From Macrostomum lignano (taxonomy: Eukaryota), in assembly GCA_002269645.1 (NCBI GenBank), contig NIVC01003275.1, positions 1 through 42,079 on the forward strand: a stretch of DNA of 42,079 nucleotides. Reading direction: 5' to 3'. The translations under genes and the position numbers were made by a program. The notes under the pieces were generated by a model, which saw nothing but the letters and a program-made list of their open reading frames with translations, ran no database searches and was not told the origin of the DNA. Positions 1 through 12,158 of this stretch are shown here, piece after piece (position 1 is the first letter of the stretch; each line of letters starts with the position of its first letter).

Positions 1-215
1 CGGTAGTCACTTAAAATGTTGCTTAAATGGTTTAGATCGATCGATCGATGCAATTATACGAACTAAAGACGGCCTTGAGCACGGTCAAGAGCGCTTCTAG
101 GCAAGTGTGCTGGTGACTTGATCCAGACATATCGCGGCTGGGTCAGAAATTGCAGATATCAGTTGTTGGAGGGTTGTAAAGCACTAGCACTATAGTGCTG
201 TAAAGTCAGACCAAG

Positions 216-242
216 GTAAGCTGATCCAATTCTTGATTACAG
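216..242 (+). other. Candidate 27-nt 5'-UTR intron ending 7 nt before the RepHel ATG (also 23170-23196, 38917-38943)
   Basis: AG|GTAAG...TTACAG|AAAGTACATG; sequence pattern only. Confidence 0.35.
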
Positions 243-249
243 AAAGTAC

Positions 250-3200
250 ATGTCTTTTAACTTCAAAGGTGTCGCGACTTTGGAAGATGACACGGAGGAC
301 CGAGGGAGTCTGGCGACGCTACAAGTTGGCCGTGCCCCACAATGGATGCCTTTGTCTGCCTGCTGGTTGAAGCGCATCCCAGGTGATGGAAACTGCTTCT
401 TTTCGGCTCTGTCGGATCAATTGCAAGGCACAGCTTTGGAAATGAACGCAGATAATCTTCGACAAACGCTGGCAGTTGAGTTGGAGAATTGGATCGACAG
501 CGCAGAGAACGACACTGGCATTTCTGAAGCAGAGTGGCGCGATTTGCTGGAAAAGACCAAACGAAAAGGCGAATATGTTTCTGACCACGTGGCTTCAGCA
601 GCAGCTAGACTGCTTGGCATCGAGATCTATGTGTACCAGGACATGGGCGCTGGTTCGAATCTCGAAGGAATTTACTTAGGCCCAGTTGGCGTGGAACCGC
701 GAGCAACAGTTCGATTGCATTTCAATCGGCAAGGTGAGCATTACCAGTCGGTACATGTGCGTCAATCGTCTCATCTAGCCGCTGTGGATGATGGCGCAGC
801 CAAGATGATGCCGCCGCCGCCGCCGCCTCCTGCGATTCCGATGCAGAGTGTTGCGCAGAAAGTGCAAGAATGGAAAGAAGTGAAATGTAACCGACGAGCA
901 TGCAAGAGGGTTCCAGGTGCGGCTGCGACTGATGTGGACAACAAATTTAGCATTAGAGTCGACGAGAATCGGTTCAATGTACTATGGAATGTCGACCTAG
1001 ATGCGGACGAGGAGGAGCCAACTCTCTCTGTGTGTAGCGGTGATGATTCAACCAGCAAGGTTTCGTCGAGTGTTTCGCGGCGGAGTCGTCGAAATCGAAG
1101 CGTTCCGAGTTGTCCTACGCGACGTAGCAGTCGTTTAAGCGCGAAAGCGTGCAGCAGCAGCAATGCGTCTGTATTGTCGTCAGCAGAAGCTTCTGACAGT
1201 TGCGCTTCAAGTGTAGTTCGACGCCGAAAGCGAGTTGTCAAGCCTGGCAGTCCAACGCGTCGAAGCGAGCGATTATTAGCCAAGAAAAGGCGTATGGAAG
1301 AAGGTGATGACGCTTCTTCAGTTGGTACATCGAATTTAAGCAGCATTGGAGCGGCTGCAGAGTCTGACAAAGTGAGTTGCATTGCAGAAGAGGAAGAAGT
1401 CGAATTGGCTAGTGTAGCTCTGGAAGAGAGCAAAGATCATCAGCGACCGACAAAGACCAAGACTCGACAAAGAGAAGGACAAAATGTTCAAAGTGAGAGT
1501 CGAAGTTCACCAAGAAAAAAGGCCAGTAATGAGCAGTCCATACCAGATACTGGTTTAGAAGCATCGCCGACAAAATGCAGGCGTAAACCGGACAACCTTG
1601 AAGAGGGTCGTTCTTCGCCTAGGAAGAAGGCGCACATTGAGCAGCAGCAGCAGCAGCACGAGTTGAAATTGAGTCCGAAGTGCCAGAAATCCAGCACGTT
1701 GCGGAAGAGGAACCCAATTCTGATTTTGAAGAGCAAAACGCTAGCAATATCAGTTTGCCGCAATGTCTTCGCAATCCATTTACTAAACAGTACAAGAAGA
1801 TGCGGAATGAATTTTTTCAAGAATGTACTTCAAGGCTGAGTAATTTAAAGCGATGCTTGGTGTGCAAAGAAAGATTTCCGTGCGTTTATTTTCAACGACA
1901 AAGTGATGCATCATGCCAACGATGTGTCAAAGATAATTCGAAACCCAAGCTGTTTAGTGACGAAAATAATGCCAATCCAATGTGTGAGCAGCCGGAAGAA
2001 CTACGCGATTTGTCTGTTGCGGAGCAAATGTTGATTTCGCCGATATTGTCTGTTATTGTAGTTTATCGGTTGTTTCCGCAAGGCCAGCATGCTTCGAGAG
2101 GGCATGGAATCATGTTTCCGCAGGATCAGGCAAGCGTTGTGAGAGAATTGCCGAGACGAACTCTACCTGTGGTGCTGATGTATGACAAAAAGCTGCAAAA
2201 CAATCCTGGCAGTACAGTTACGGGAGCGATGAACAATCTGCGAGTGAGACGCGACAAGGTGTTGAATGCAATCAGGTATCTGATTAATAATAATCAATAT
2301 TTTCAACGATTTTCTGTCGGTATTGATCGCGAAGCGTTGAATTCGTTGCCAGAGAATGGATATGCGCAGCAAATCAATGAAATGGTTAATCAAATGGACA
2401 CTCAAGATGTCAATGTTGATCTGGATGCGGCGGAAGAGGAAGCCAGGCAGCCAGAAGAAGATGAGCAAAGGCAACAAATGGAAGAAGCTCAGTTGGAAGA
2501 GACGACAAGCGCTTTGCTGAATACGCCATTGCGTCGTTTGGAAGTAAAGATTCGCGATCGTTTGCTAGAAGAGAAATTGCAATGGCCAAGATCGAGCCGA
2601 GTACCGGTGAATGAATTCGAACAAGAAGGCTTGTTTAGTCTGGCCTATCCTCACCTATTTCCTGACGGCAAAGGCGACTACAAGACTCCGCGAGTGCGTT
2701 CGATAGGCCTGGGCGACTATGCGAAGCACTTGATGCAGTTTCACTGCCCGAGATTTCGTTGCGATCCTCGCTTTCGCTTTTTCATTGAGAACATGGTGAT
2801 GCGATGGAGAGCATTGGAAGTTGGACGAGTATTTGTGCACGACAAGAATTTGGCTGGCTTAAGTGCGCCAGAGATGCTGGAGAAGCTGAAAGATCCAGCA
2901 GTGATGTCCAGCGTGTCAGCCAGAGCGTCAGAGTTGCGTGGAACAGCCAGCTATTGGCAAAGCAAGCGTAGACAGTTGGAAGCAATGATTAAAACAATTG
3001 GTTTGCCGCACTATTTTGTGACGTTATCCGCGGCGGATATTCAGTGGCCAGAGTTGTTGCAAGTTTGGCAAATCGAAGAAGACGTCGACAATGATAATTG
3101 GCAAGAAATCAAGCAAGAGTTGCTTTCCAGACTGCAAAAAGATCCTGGCATGGCGGATACTGTGTTTTGGATTCGTTTTGAATTGTTTTTGCAGAAATTT

Positions 3201-6200
3201 TTTGTTGAACACTGGAAAGTAAAGGACTTTTGGTTTCGTATCGAGTATCAGAGTCGAGGAAGCCCGCATGTTCATGGCTGCGTTTGGATGCCGGACGGAG
3301 TGGATGTGACTTCGGAATCCTTGCAAGCAGAAGATTTGGTTGCCTTTGTGGACAAGTACATTTGCAGTTGGAACACGTGCATGGACGAATCAGATAGCGG
3401 TCGCGAAATTTTGTCCGGCGGAGTAGGAGCGCAGCCGGCTCGATTGAAGCCGTCCGAAATTAAGGACGATAAAGCCGATTTGCAAGCACTTCTTCACAAC
3501 AACATGAGGCACTCAAGGTGCAGTAATCGCTGCCTACGAAAGGAAAAGAACGGCTCTATGAAGTGTCGATACAAATATCCGCGAGATTTGCAGACAAAGA
3601 CTGTCGCCAAAAAGCTGTCAAGTTTAAACTGGAAGGTTGAGACGCAGCGCAACGACCAATATATTGGCATGTACAATCCTCAAGTACTGTGCATGTGGAG
3701 AGCTAACCTAGACATTCAGATGATTTCTTCGGCCAAAGATTTGATTCGCTATTTGATCAAGTATGCAAGCAAAGGAGAGAAGGAATCGGAGCAGTTGCAA
3801 GAGTTGAATCGTCGCTATCTTTCTATGGAGCAGCAGCAGGAGTCAGTGGACATTGATAATGCAGCAGAAAATGATAATAATCAGCAGCAGCATGACGAGT
3901 ATAGTCGAACAAATACTGCACGTCGCATTGTTCAGCAGCACTTGATGATGCAAGTTGGAGCGCGCGACTATTCAGCACAAGAGGCTATGCATCTGGTATT
4001 ACAGACACCGATGTACAAGGCGTCGCGAGAGTTTGTCTACGTTCAAACTGGCGAGACTAGAGCGATTGAGAGTCGAGGCGTTTGCAAGAATAGTATTGAA
4101 AAGTACGCAAATCGGCCGGCACAATTGGAGAATGAGACAATGTATCGATTCTTTTCGGACTATATTCCGCCGATGCGTCAACAAAGACGCGGTGGTGAAC
4201 AAGTTGCCGTCTACAAGAAGCGACTAGCGGGCAAGGAAGCAGTTTTGATTGTGAGTCCGTTTTTGCGCTCAACAGAAAGCGACGATAAACGGCGCGAACA
4301 ATACTATCGGCAGCAGGTACTACTGTGGAGCTGTTGGCGAACCGAAGAGCAAGCAAAGGGATCGCATGCAAGCTGGCGCGAGGCCTACGAGGCGATGATG
4401 CAAACGGAAGCGTGTCAGCTGGTTGTGCGCGATTTGGACGACCTGCGCAACGATGAAGCCGACGAGGAGGAACGCGAAGCAGTCGCCGATTTGCCAGACA
4501 TGACTGCCGCGAATGCCGAATCAGTTGCTGGTCCAGCTTATCCGGAGCGTCAGCAAGAGGATTGGATGGCAGCACTGGGTGCAAAGCATGCGGACATTCA
4601 GCTGAATGTCAACAAGAATCCGGAAGACACTCTGCCAGTTGCGCCAGAAGGTTTCGATTGGAGTGCTGCTTCAGATTGGCAATTTCCGAGTCTGGCAGAG
4701 GCAAAGCAGTTTTTAATGACCGAACTGACTAAGCCTGTTAGACGTGTAGCTGGAATTACCATCGAAGATGGTGCAGGCGCTAATCGTCAAACGATTGACG
4801 TTTCACTGCTTAATGAGAGACAGCGGAAGCTCTACGACATGATTGACAATCAATTGAAGCTTGAACGGCTGGCCGAAAGTGACACGACTAACAATAGTAC
4901 TGAGTCGGGAAAGATGCCTCCACCACTGCGAGTAATTTTGTATGGCAGCGCTGGAACAGGCAAGAGTTTTCTGATTGCTGCACTACGAAAATTGATTGGC
5001 GAGGACAAGTGCAAAGTAATGGCACCGACTGGTGTGGCTGCGTTCAACATTGCTGGCGAGACACTGCATTCAGCGTTGAAGTTGAACGTAAAGTTTTCGA
5101 CTACGGCGTGTACTACTAATGCTGACGGTTCAACGACTTCGGGCAGCAGCAAGGCATTGTCAGACATGCAATCGGTATGGTCAAACGTGCGCTACATAAT
5201 CATTGACGAGTTTAGCATGGTTGGCCAAAGGACACTGGCAAAGGTGCACAACCGTCTGTGCGAACTGTTTCCTGAGGAGAAGCGAGACACGCTTGAAGAA
5301 GGATATTTCGGCGGACGGTCAATCATTTTGGTTGGCGATGTGTTTCAGCTGCCTCCCGTGCAAGACAAACAGCTGTACGTGTTTAACAAGAATGCCAAAG
5401 ATAATTTGACACCGATTGGCTATCAAGTGTATCAGAGTTTCAAAACGGTTGTTTATCTAAACAAGCAGGTGCGTCAAGCAAATGACACAGAGTTTGCCAG
5501 CATTTTAGAGTCTCTTCGCGAAGGCAAAGTAACCGAAGCCATTTGGAAGACTGTAATGGACAAGTGTCAAGTAGCAGCTGCAGACATGCTACCGCTAGAT
5601 GTTGATGGCAAATGCACGCTATTGTACCACACAAATGAAGATGTGTCTAATGCCAATTGTGAGGAGCTGCGAAAAATTGTCGATGATAACAATCCGGTGC
5701 GGATAATCAATGCAACTTGTACTGGAAGGCAACCGCTGATTGGCAACAATGCTGCTGATAGTAGCAAGCAGAAATCGGAGACAGGCCTAGCCAGGCGACT
5801 ATTTCTGGCGATTGGAGCACGTGTGATGTTGACTCGGAACCTATCTGTGCAAAATGGCCTGGTGAATGGCTCGGTTGGTACGGTTCGTGGCATCTGCTAC
5901 GCGAATGGAAAGAAGCCGCCAAATGATTTGCCCGACTGCGTTTGGGTTGAATTCGAGCGCTACAATGGCCCGGCAATGCAAGCCATGCGGCTGCCCAGAG
6001 AAGATGGTAATAGTAGTAGCAGCGAGTGTGCACCGACAGTTTCTGTTGTGCCAATTCTACCAGTATCAAGCCAGTGGCTTCAGCGAGGCGCCAGCTTGTC
6101 GAGACATCAGTTTCCGCTGAGGCTAGCCTGGGCAATCACTATTCACAAGTCGCAAGGCCTAACGATTGACAAGGCGTTTGTACAGCTGGGCAAGGGCCGC

Positions 6201-6371
6201 AAGTCGCCGCCAGCAGGTCTGTACTACACTGCCGTGAGTAGAGTTCGTGCTTTGTCTGATCTGTTTGTTACCTGTTGCGATTTCGTTAGATTTCAGCGCC
6301 TATTTTCTACAGGCGGTATTGTAGCACAGGTAAATGAACAGAAGCGATTATTAGATTTGTGCGAGAAATGA
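250..6371 (+). CDS. Helitron-like RepHel transposase with N-terminal OTU protease (OTU - low-complexity linker - C2C2 Zn motif - HUH Rep - PIF1-family helicase); one 1-bp frameshift near 1657
   Basis: OTU IPGDGNCFF (Cys 394-396) and HYQSV (His 739-741); CLVC..CQRC; LAYPHLFPDGKG; Rep motifs YFVTLSAAD-QWPEL, EYQSRGSPHVH (3243-3275), YLIKYASK (3750-3773); helicase GSAGTGKS (4944-4967), APTGVAA, IIDEFSMV, GDVFQLPPV, QFPLRLAWAITIHKSQGLT, YTAVSRV. ORFs 250-1839 and 1680-6371 are joined in frame in the copy at 38951 (CAGCAGCCACGAG vs CAGCAGCACGAG here), giving 477+1563=2040 aa. Confidence 0.95.
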
Positions 6372-6470
6372 GCCAGCAGTATTTGGCAGTTTTTAACTGA
6401 AAATGTGCACGAATCTATATAATATAGAGCAAACAATGGCTCTGAGAAAAAACGGTGTTTGCGGTCTTAA

Positions 6471-6839
6471 TGAAAGTCTTGCGCGTTGCTTTTGTGTGTG
6501 TTAAGTGTAGTACAGTGTTTTGTTCTTAAATAGCCGTTTCTCCTAGGCTTTGAATAGCTATATAGGACTGATTTAATTTCGTTAGATTGGGATTGGGAAG
6601 TATAAAGCAAAATAAGCATTTCAAGTCGTCTTAAGTCGTTTTAAATCACTTTTTAATTAACCATACAGTGTTATCAGCCACCTTGCTCAGTTTATCAGTC
6701 AAAAAGTTGAATAGTTTATTTAATCAATTTAAATTCATTTTAATATTTGAAAAAGAGGTTTGATTTCGGGGTATTTCTTTTAAATTCGTTTTTAAATATT
6801 GTATAAAATGGATAAGTAAAGCAACGCGCAAGGCTTTCA
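6471..6839. repeat. 22-bp inverted repeat pair about 325 bp apart, downstream of the RepHel stop
   Basis: TGAAAGTCTTGCGCGTTGCTTT (6471-6492) vs AAAGCAACGCGCAAGGCTTTCA (6818-6839), one mismatch. Confidence 0.85.
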
Positions 6840-8199
6840 CTCTGTGAAGCGTGGGGCTGACACGTGTGCCAGGGTAGACTATTGACGAGTTATGCCAAAG
6901 TGCTGTCAATAGTTTGCTGTTGGGTCACAAGGATAATATATGAATTGTGATTGAGTGTCAGTCTAATAAATTTTCGGCCTGAGTTACGCAGATAATTCTG
7001 GCGGGTACTTATGCCTGTTGGTTAGATAAGTCTCGTGCTGTTGCGTGACTATTCGGTGTCTGTTGAATAAGCTTCTTAAATATGTATGCATAGGTGTTAT
7101 CTTGGTAGCTAAGCCAGTTAAAATGTATCATATAAAGAATTATTGAGCAAGAAAATATACAAACACAAAGGAGATCTTTTATTTTGTAGGATTGTAGTTA
7201 GTAAGACATTAATTACGAAAAGTATAAAAATATTCACAGTTCTAGTAGTTGCTCAATAATCTCTCAATAATTGCAATTATTCCAAGACTATAACGTCTTT
7301 AACAACAGTTTATAAGTATGTAAGTAGTTTCCTTTTCTGTTGTGAGAGTATAGTCTAAAATGTTTATACCAAAGTGCCCGATAAATTAAAAAAGAAGCTT
7401 GTTGAAACGACAAAACCAGTCAGAGGAGTACCAGAACTCAGAGCTGTGAGTGCCATGCAGTTTTAAAGGTTGTTCTAATTGTTTATGTGAGTGTCATTTA
7501 GCAGTATTTTTAGGAAGAAATTTTGGTGGGAAAAACTGAATAATAACTCAATACACGATTTGAGTAAGATTCATAGCGCCCTTAAGTGCCTGACAGCCCC
7601 CCACCAAATATTCCTTGATTTGGAAGCACTTTAGCACGTGTTCGGCACCAAATTGTACTTTATAGGTAGGCGCCCTGTTCATCCCTATCGAATAAAAATC
7701 CTACATCCGCTACTAAGCCATGTGTAAACTAAATTGGTTCAATCGACATATTTAATGGTCGGAGTTACATTCATAAATATTTATTAAGAATCTACTGATA
7801 ATTATTTCCCAGTAGAGTAACAAATTAAAGTCATATGAATAGGACCTTTATAGTTAACGGTATATCCGGTTTCGCCTTAAAAGTGCATTTTAAGTGTAGG
7901 AACATTCAAATTAAATAAACACCTTAAACTGCAAAGGGCACGGGTTTACAACAGCAAACCTTGAATGATACGCTGCAGGGCTGACACGCAAACACGTCTG
8001 ACAAGGTGAAACGAGAAGGTGCATTTTAAAGGTGCAACCTGATAAATTATAGCACAAAGTGTGCGAATGACCTGTCAGAATCGTATTAGTGCTAAAAAAG
8101 CAAGTGTTTTGTTACTTTGTATTTTGGTTTTTTGTCTTAGATTGATTTTAAATTTCGTCTACTATATTGGCTTCTTACGTAATTTCGGGACTAGAGGAG

Positions 8200-8465
8200 A
8201 TAGTTTCTCAAATACTTTGGTGTTTAGACGGGATCTTGGGCTCTCAAATACTTTGGGTGATTAGAGGGGATCTTGGGCTCTCAAATACTTTGGGTGATTA
8301 AAAAAGATTATGGGCTCTCAAATACTGTGATGATTAGATGGGAATGTACGTGGCTTCTCAATTACTGTGATGATTAGAAGGGATTTTGGCTTTTCAAATA
8401 CTCTGCTGATCAGAGGAGATCCTGGCTTCGTGAATACGTTTGGTGATTAGAGGGGATCTTGGGTT
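8200..8465. repeat. Degenerate ~37-bp tandem repeat, ~7 copies
   Basis: CTCTCAAATACTTTGGGTGATTAGAGGGGATCTTGGG; CTCTCA starts at 8241, 8278, 8315. Confidence 0.9.
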
Positions 8466-8881
8466 CTTGGCCAAATAATTATTTGGGAATTGCGGATTCT
8501 GGCTGCTTCTAAAGCAACTGTGGGTTTATTGGGAAAAGACGGGGCAATACGAGCTATCTAGAATGAAATATGGTCCGGTTGAAATTGGGTGAAGGGATGA
8601 TTAGGTTCACTGACATACTGTATATGAATATAATTCCATAATTTTTATTGTATGCGTTATTTCATTCATTAAAATGTGTTTTTATGCATTCGGTATTCTT
8701 GTTGTTCCGTATATGGATTTTTTCCTCAGCTCAAAATTGTTACATTTCAAGCATTTTTGACAATTTATTTTTCCACTTCTTTCTACTGTTTGTACATGAA
8801 ATGCTTCTTTCGCATCCATATCATCAGTACTCCATTCGTGTAGTTGCGAAACATTTAGAAAGACCAGAAGCACTGCAAATC

Positions 8882-9835
8882 AGGTAAGCTTTCATTTGTA
8901 TTATTCACCATTGTCATGACTATATGACACCCTCTATTTGTTTTTTTTATTTAAATGACAAAAAGTTGTAAACCAATTTGACATTTACATGTAACACGAG
9001 CCAGGGCGTTGCGACTAAGTCATTTACAACTGCAGCGTACCTGACGTGCAAGATGTTCACCGACAGCAACCAAGGTGGTACGCAGTGCCAGTTGTTCATT
9101 CACCTGCTGGGCGGTCTGGTGTCAAACTTTCAATGACTGGCATGCATGCGATCGCTACAGCGAGACATACAGTTGAAAAACTGTTTCTGAAATTTAGAAA
9201 AACGAAAAGCACTGCAATTCAGGTAAGCTTTCATTTGTATTATTCACCATTGTCATGACTATATGACTCACTATTTGTTTTTTGATAAAAGTTGTAATCC
9301 AATTTGACATTTACATGTAACACGAGCCAGGGCGTTGCGACTAAGTCATTTACAACTGCAGCGTACCTGACATGCAAGATGTTCACCGACAGCAACCAAG
9401 GTGGTACGCAGTGCCAGTTGTTCATTCACCTGCTGGGCGGTCTGGTGTCAAACTTTCAATGACTGGCATGCATGCGATCGCTACAGCGAGACATACAGTT
9501 GAAAAACTGTTTCTGAAATTTAGAAAAACGAAAAGCACTGCAATTAAGGTAAGCTTTCATTTGTATTATTCACCATTGTCATGACTATATGACACACTAT
9601 TTGTTTTTTGATAAAAGTTGTAATCCAATTTGACATTTACATGTAACACGAGCCAGGGCGTTGCGACTAAGTCATTTACAACTGCAGCGTACCTGACATG
9701 CAAGATGTTCACCGACAGCAACCAAGGTGGTACGCAGTGCCAGTTGTTCATTCACCTGCTGGGCGGTCTGGTGTCAAACTTTCAACGACGGGTACTCAAC
9801 GACTGGCATGCATGCGATCGCTACAGCGAGACTTA
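8882..9835. repeat. 326-bp tandem repeat, ~3 units (first unit diverged, 339 bp)
   Basis: AGGTAAGCTTTCATTTGTATTATTCACC starts at 8882, 9221, 9547; repeated small ORFs MQDVHRQQ... at 9046 and 9372. Confidence 0.95.
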
Positions 9836-9868
9836 AAGTTGAAAAACTTTTTCTAACAACGATGCTTA

Positions 9869-10588
9869 TCTGATGATTGTAGTAAAAGTTCTCGGAATAT
9901 TTACTACAATATTCACTTCATTCAAACTTATTATTATTTTTATTAATTTATTAGTATTCAATGTAATTTGCATCAGAGGCAATAACCTCCTGCCAACGTC
10001 CATACAGAGAATGGATGCTTTTGCGGTACCACTCGGAGTTGTGAGAGTCGAATAAGTCACGCAGATGCTTCTCCAAGTCCTCCTCATCTTTGAAGCTGTG
10101 AGCAGCCATGGACTGGCTGAGCGCGGCAAAAGGTGGTAGTCGGTAGGCACAAGATCTGGGCTGTAATATGGGTGGAGAAGAACTTCCCAACCCAGCGTCA
10201 GCAGCATTGAGAATGGCCAGATATCTAGGTCACGAGTTGCCAGTTTATGCGACACCCAGCACTTGAGTTTAGCTTTTAGATTTCAAAACATAACGCCTGT
10301 TGTCTGCTGATTGTTCTACGCGATGAGCACTTCCAGGGCATCGTCATCATTGAGTTCAGGTGAACGCTCACTTCAAGACGTGTCCTCAAGGCCCAGTTGT
10401 CCATTCTTGTAGCGCTTGTACGAGCTACCAATCCTACACCCTGGAGGTCTTGATGGTGGACTGGGAATGGGACTCGGGCTGGGAATAAGTAATACCGTAT
10501 TTATACTCATGAAAAAGTTCTAGAAAATTCAAGAAAAAAGTTGTATTGAAATGTTTTAAAAATTCCGAAAACTTTCCCTACAATCAGA
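9869..10588 (-). mobile_element. Internally deleted, decayed mariner (Tc1/mariner) DNA transposon, 720 bp
   Basis: Imperfect TIRs (TCTGATGATTGTAG..AAAGTTCTCGGAAT / ATTCCGAAAACTTTCCCTACAATCAGA) flanked by TA at 9867-68 and 10589-90; minus-strand fragments YKRYKNGQLGLEDTS*SERSPELNDDDAL (N-terminal HTH-like), HPYYSPDLVPTDYHL (YSPDLAP motif) and WYRKSIHSLYGRWQEVIASDANY (C-terminus). Confidence 0.93.
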
Positions 10589-10793
10589 TACTTGAATACT
10601 GTTCAAATTCCATTGATACGTCCAAACTGCAAATGAAATTGTGCATTTATTAAGTGTTATGCTTAGCATTTTTTCTGTAAAAGTCTCTCACTCTCTGTTT
10701 AATAATACCCTATTTTCTTAACCAGTTAGCATCTTGTTATATTAGACAACTTTTCACATTTAGTGTACACACTTGTATGTTTTTCCAGAGTGT

Positions 10794-10854
10794 TTGTCTA
10801 AGTCTGTCTGATCGTATGTTCATCTCTTCAACAGTCTGTCTGTCTCTCTGTCTC

Positions 10855-10892
<38 letters not shown>

Positions 10893-11030
10893 GGTTTGTC
10901 TGTTTGTCTGTTTGTCTGTCTTTCTGTCTGTTCAGCCGTTTAACTATCTTTCTGTTCATCTGTTTATCTGTCTGTCAGATTGTATGTTTGTCTCTTTTTC
11001 TGTCCATCTATCCATTTATGTATCTATCTA
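10794..11030. repeat. (CTGT)n/(CTAT)n degenerate microsatellite
   Basis: Direct reading. Confidence 0.95.
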
Positions 11031-11390
11031 TGAACCATATGTACGTCTATTTAATCTATAATATCTATAGAAGCAGTAAGAGTTAATTAAAGCTCCATTC
11101 GACAACAACTTTATGCAGTGACCCCTACTCTCTACTTCTTTCCTTTCTCCCCTCAGTCTTCTCTCTCTTATATCTACTGCCTGTATCTGTTTTGTTCAGG
11201 GTTCAGTACCAATCGGAAAATAAATATCACCTCCCTGATCTGGATATGATTTTGGCCAAATGCGTATTAGCCCTATGCCAAAGGTTAAAGTCTACGCTTA
11301 ACTGATGGCTGACATGGCAGGCTCCTTGTCCTTTAAATCCAAGAAAGCAAAGCAAATTTAAATTCCATTCGCCACTAAAACTCTTTGGCT

Positions 11391-11431
11391 CCTTCCTCTC
11401 TCCTCTCTCCCTCTCTCTCTCTCCTCTCTCC

Positions 11432-11523
<92 letters not shown>
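11391..11523. repeat. (CT)n microsatellite
   Basis: Direct reading. Confidence 0.97.
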
Positions 11524-11524
<1 letters not shown>

Positions 11525-12158
11525 AGTCTTCACTAGGCCCAGTCATGAGGTCTTTTGGCCTTAGTTCTTTGTCCATATGACAAAGTTCATATGTCTGTTT
11601 TCTGTCTAACTATCTATGTACTGTTTACTGTCAGTTTGTTAGTTGGCCTGTCTATGGATTACACTATCTTCGTAAGACAGCACAAGTTCGTTGTAAAACG
11701 TTTTTAGTTGAGTAGCGTTAAAACATTAATATTTTCCAGTAGCGCAATAGCCTTAGCGCAAACGGAGTATAATTAGGATTTTTTACAAATATTAACAAAG
11801 GTTAACAAATTAGCCTAAACAGTTTTATAAATTAACGTAATTAAATTGCCATATTGTCACTCCTGTCAAAGTGTATTCTACTTATATTAGCAGCTAAGCT
11901 TTGCTACTCTCCCTTTTGAGTACTTTTTTATTCCGTTTCTTAAAAAATACAATTTTCATTTTAATAGAATTTTATAAAAAATTGAATTCGTTCCATTTAA
12001 TTTATAAAAGTTGATAAGGTAGTCAAATACCAACTCAAAGTAATGTTCGTGATTAGCCTATTGAGAATTTATACGAGCAGTGCAGTCTATGTACAGACGA
12101 CACATTACAGACAGACAGTCACATAGCTAATATTAGTTGCACAACTTTCTTCTTTCAG

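Noticed and set aside
771-1433. 220-aa antisense ORF (and other antisense ORFs over RepHel)
   Set aside because: Shadows of the coding strand with no recognisable motifs.
1680-1682. Independent start of a 1563-aa RepHel
   Set aside because: It is a GTG (Val) codon that is internal in the in-frame copy at 38951.
4850-6371. Host PIF1 helicase gene
   Set aside because: Fused in frame to an HUH Rep, intronless and embedded in tandem repeats.
6471-6839. The 22-bp IR as the true element termini
   Set aside because: Absent from E1, no TSD, and no clear terminal T-run; the 13541/29394 motif coincides with the identity step.
8200-8465. CRISPR-like array (37-bp period; also considered for the 91- and 326-bp repeats)
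   Set aside because: Units are contiguous with no unique spacers, no cas genes are present, and the context is eukaryotic.
10777-11086. ORFs with SVCL repeats
   Set aside because: Translations of the (CTGT)n microsatellite.
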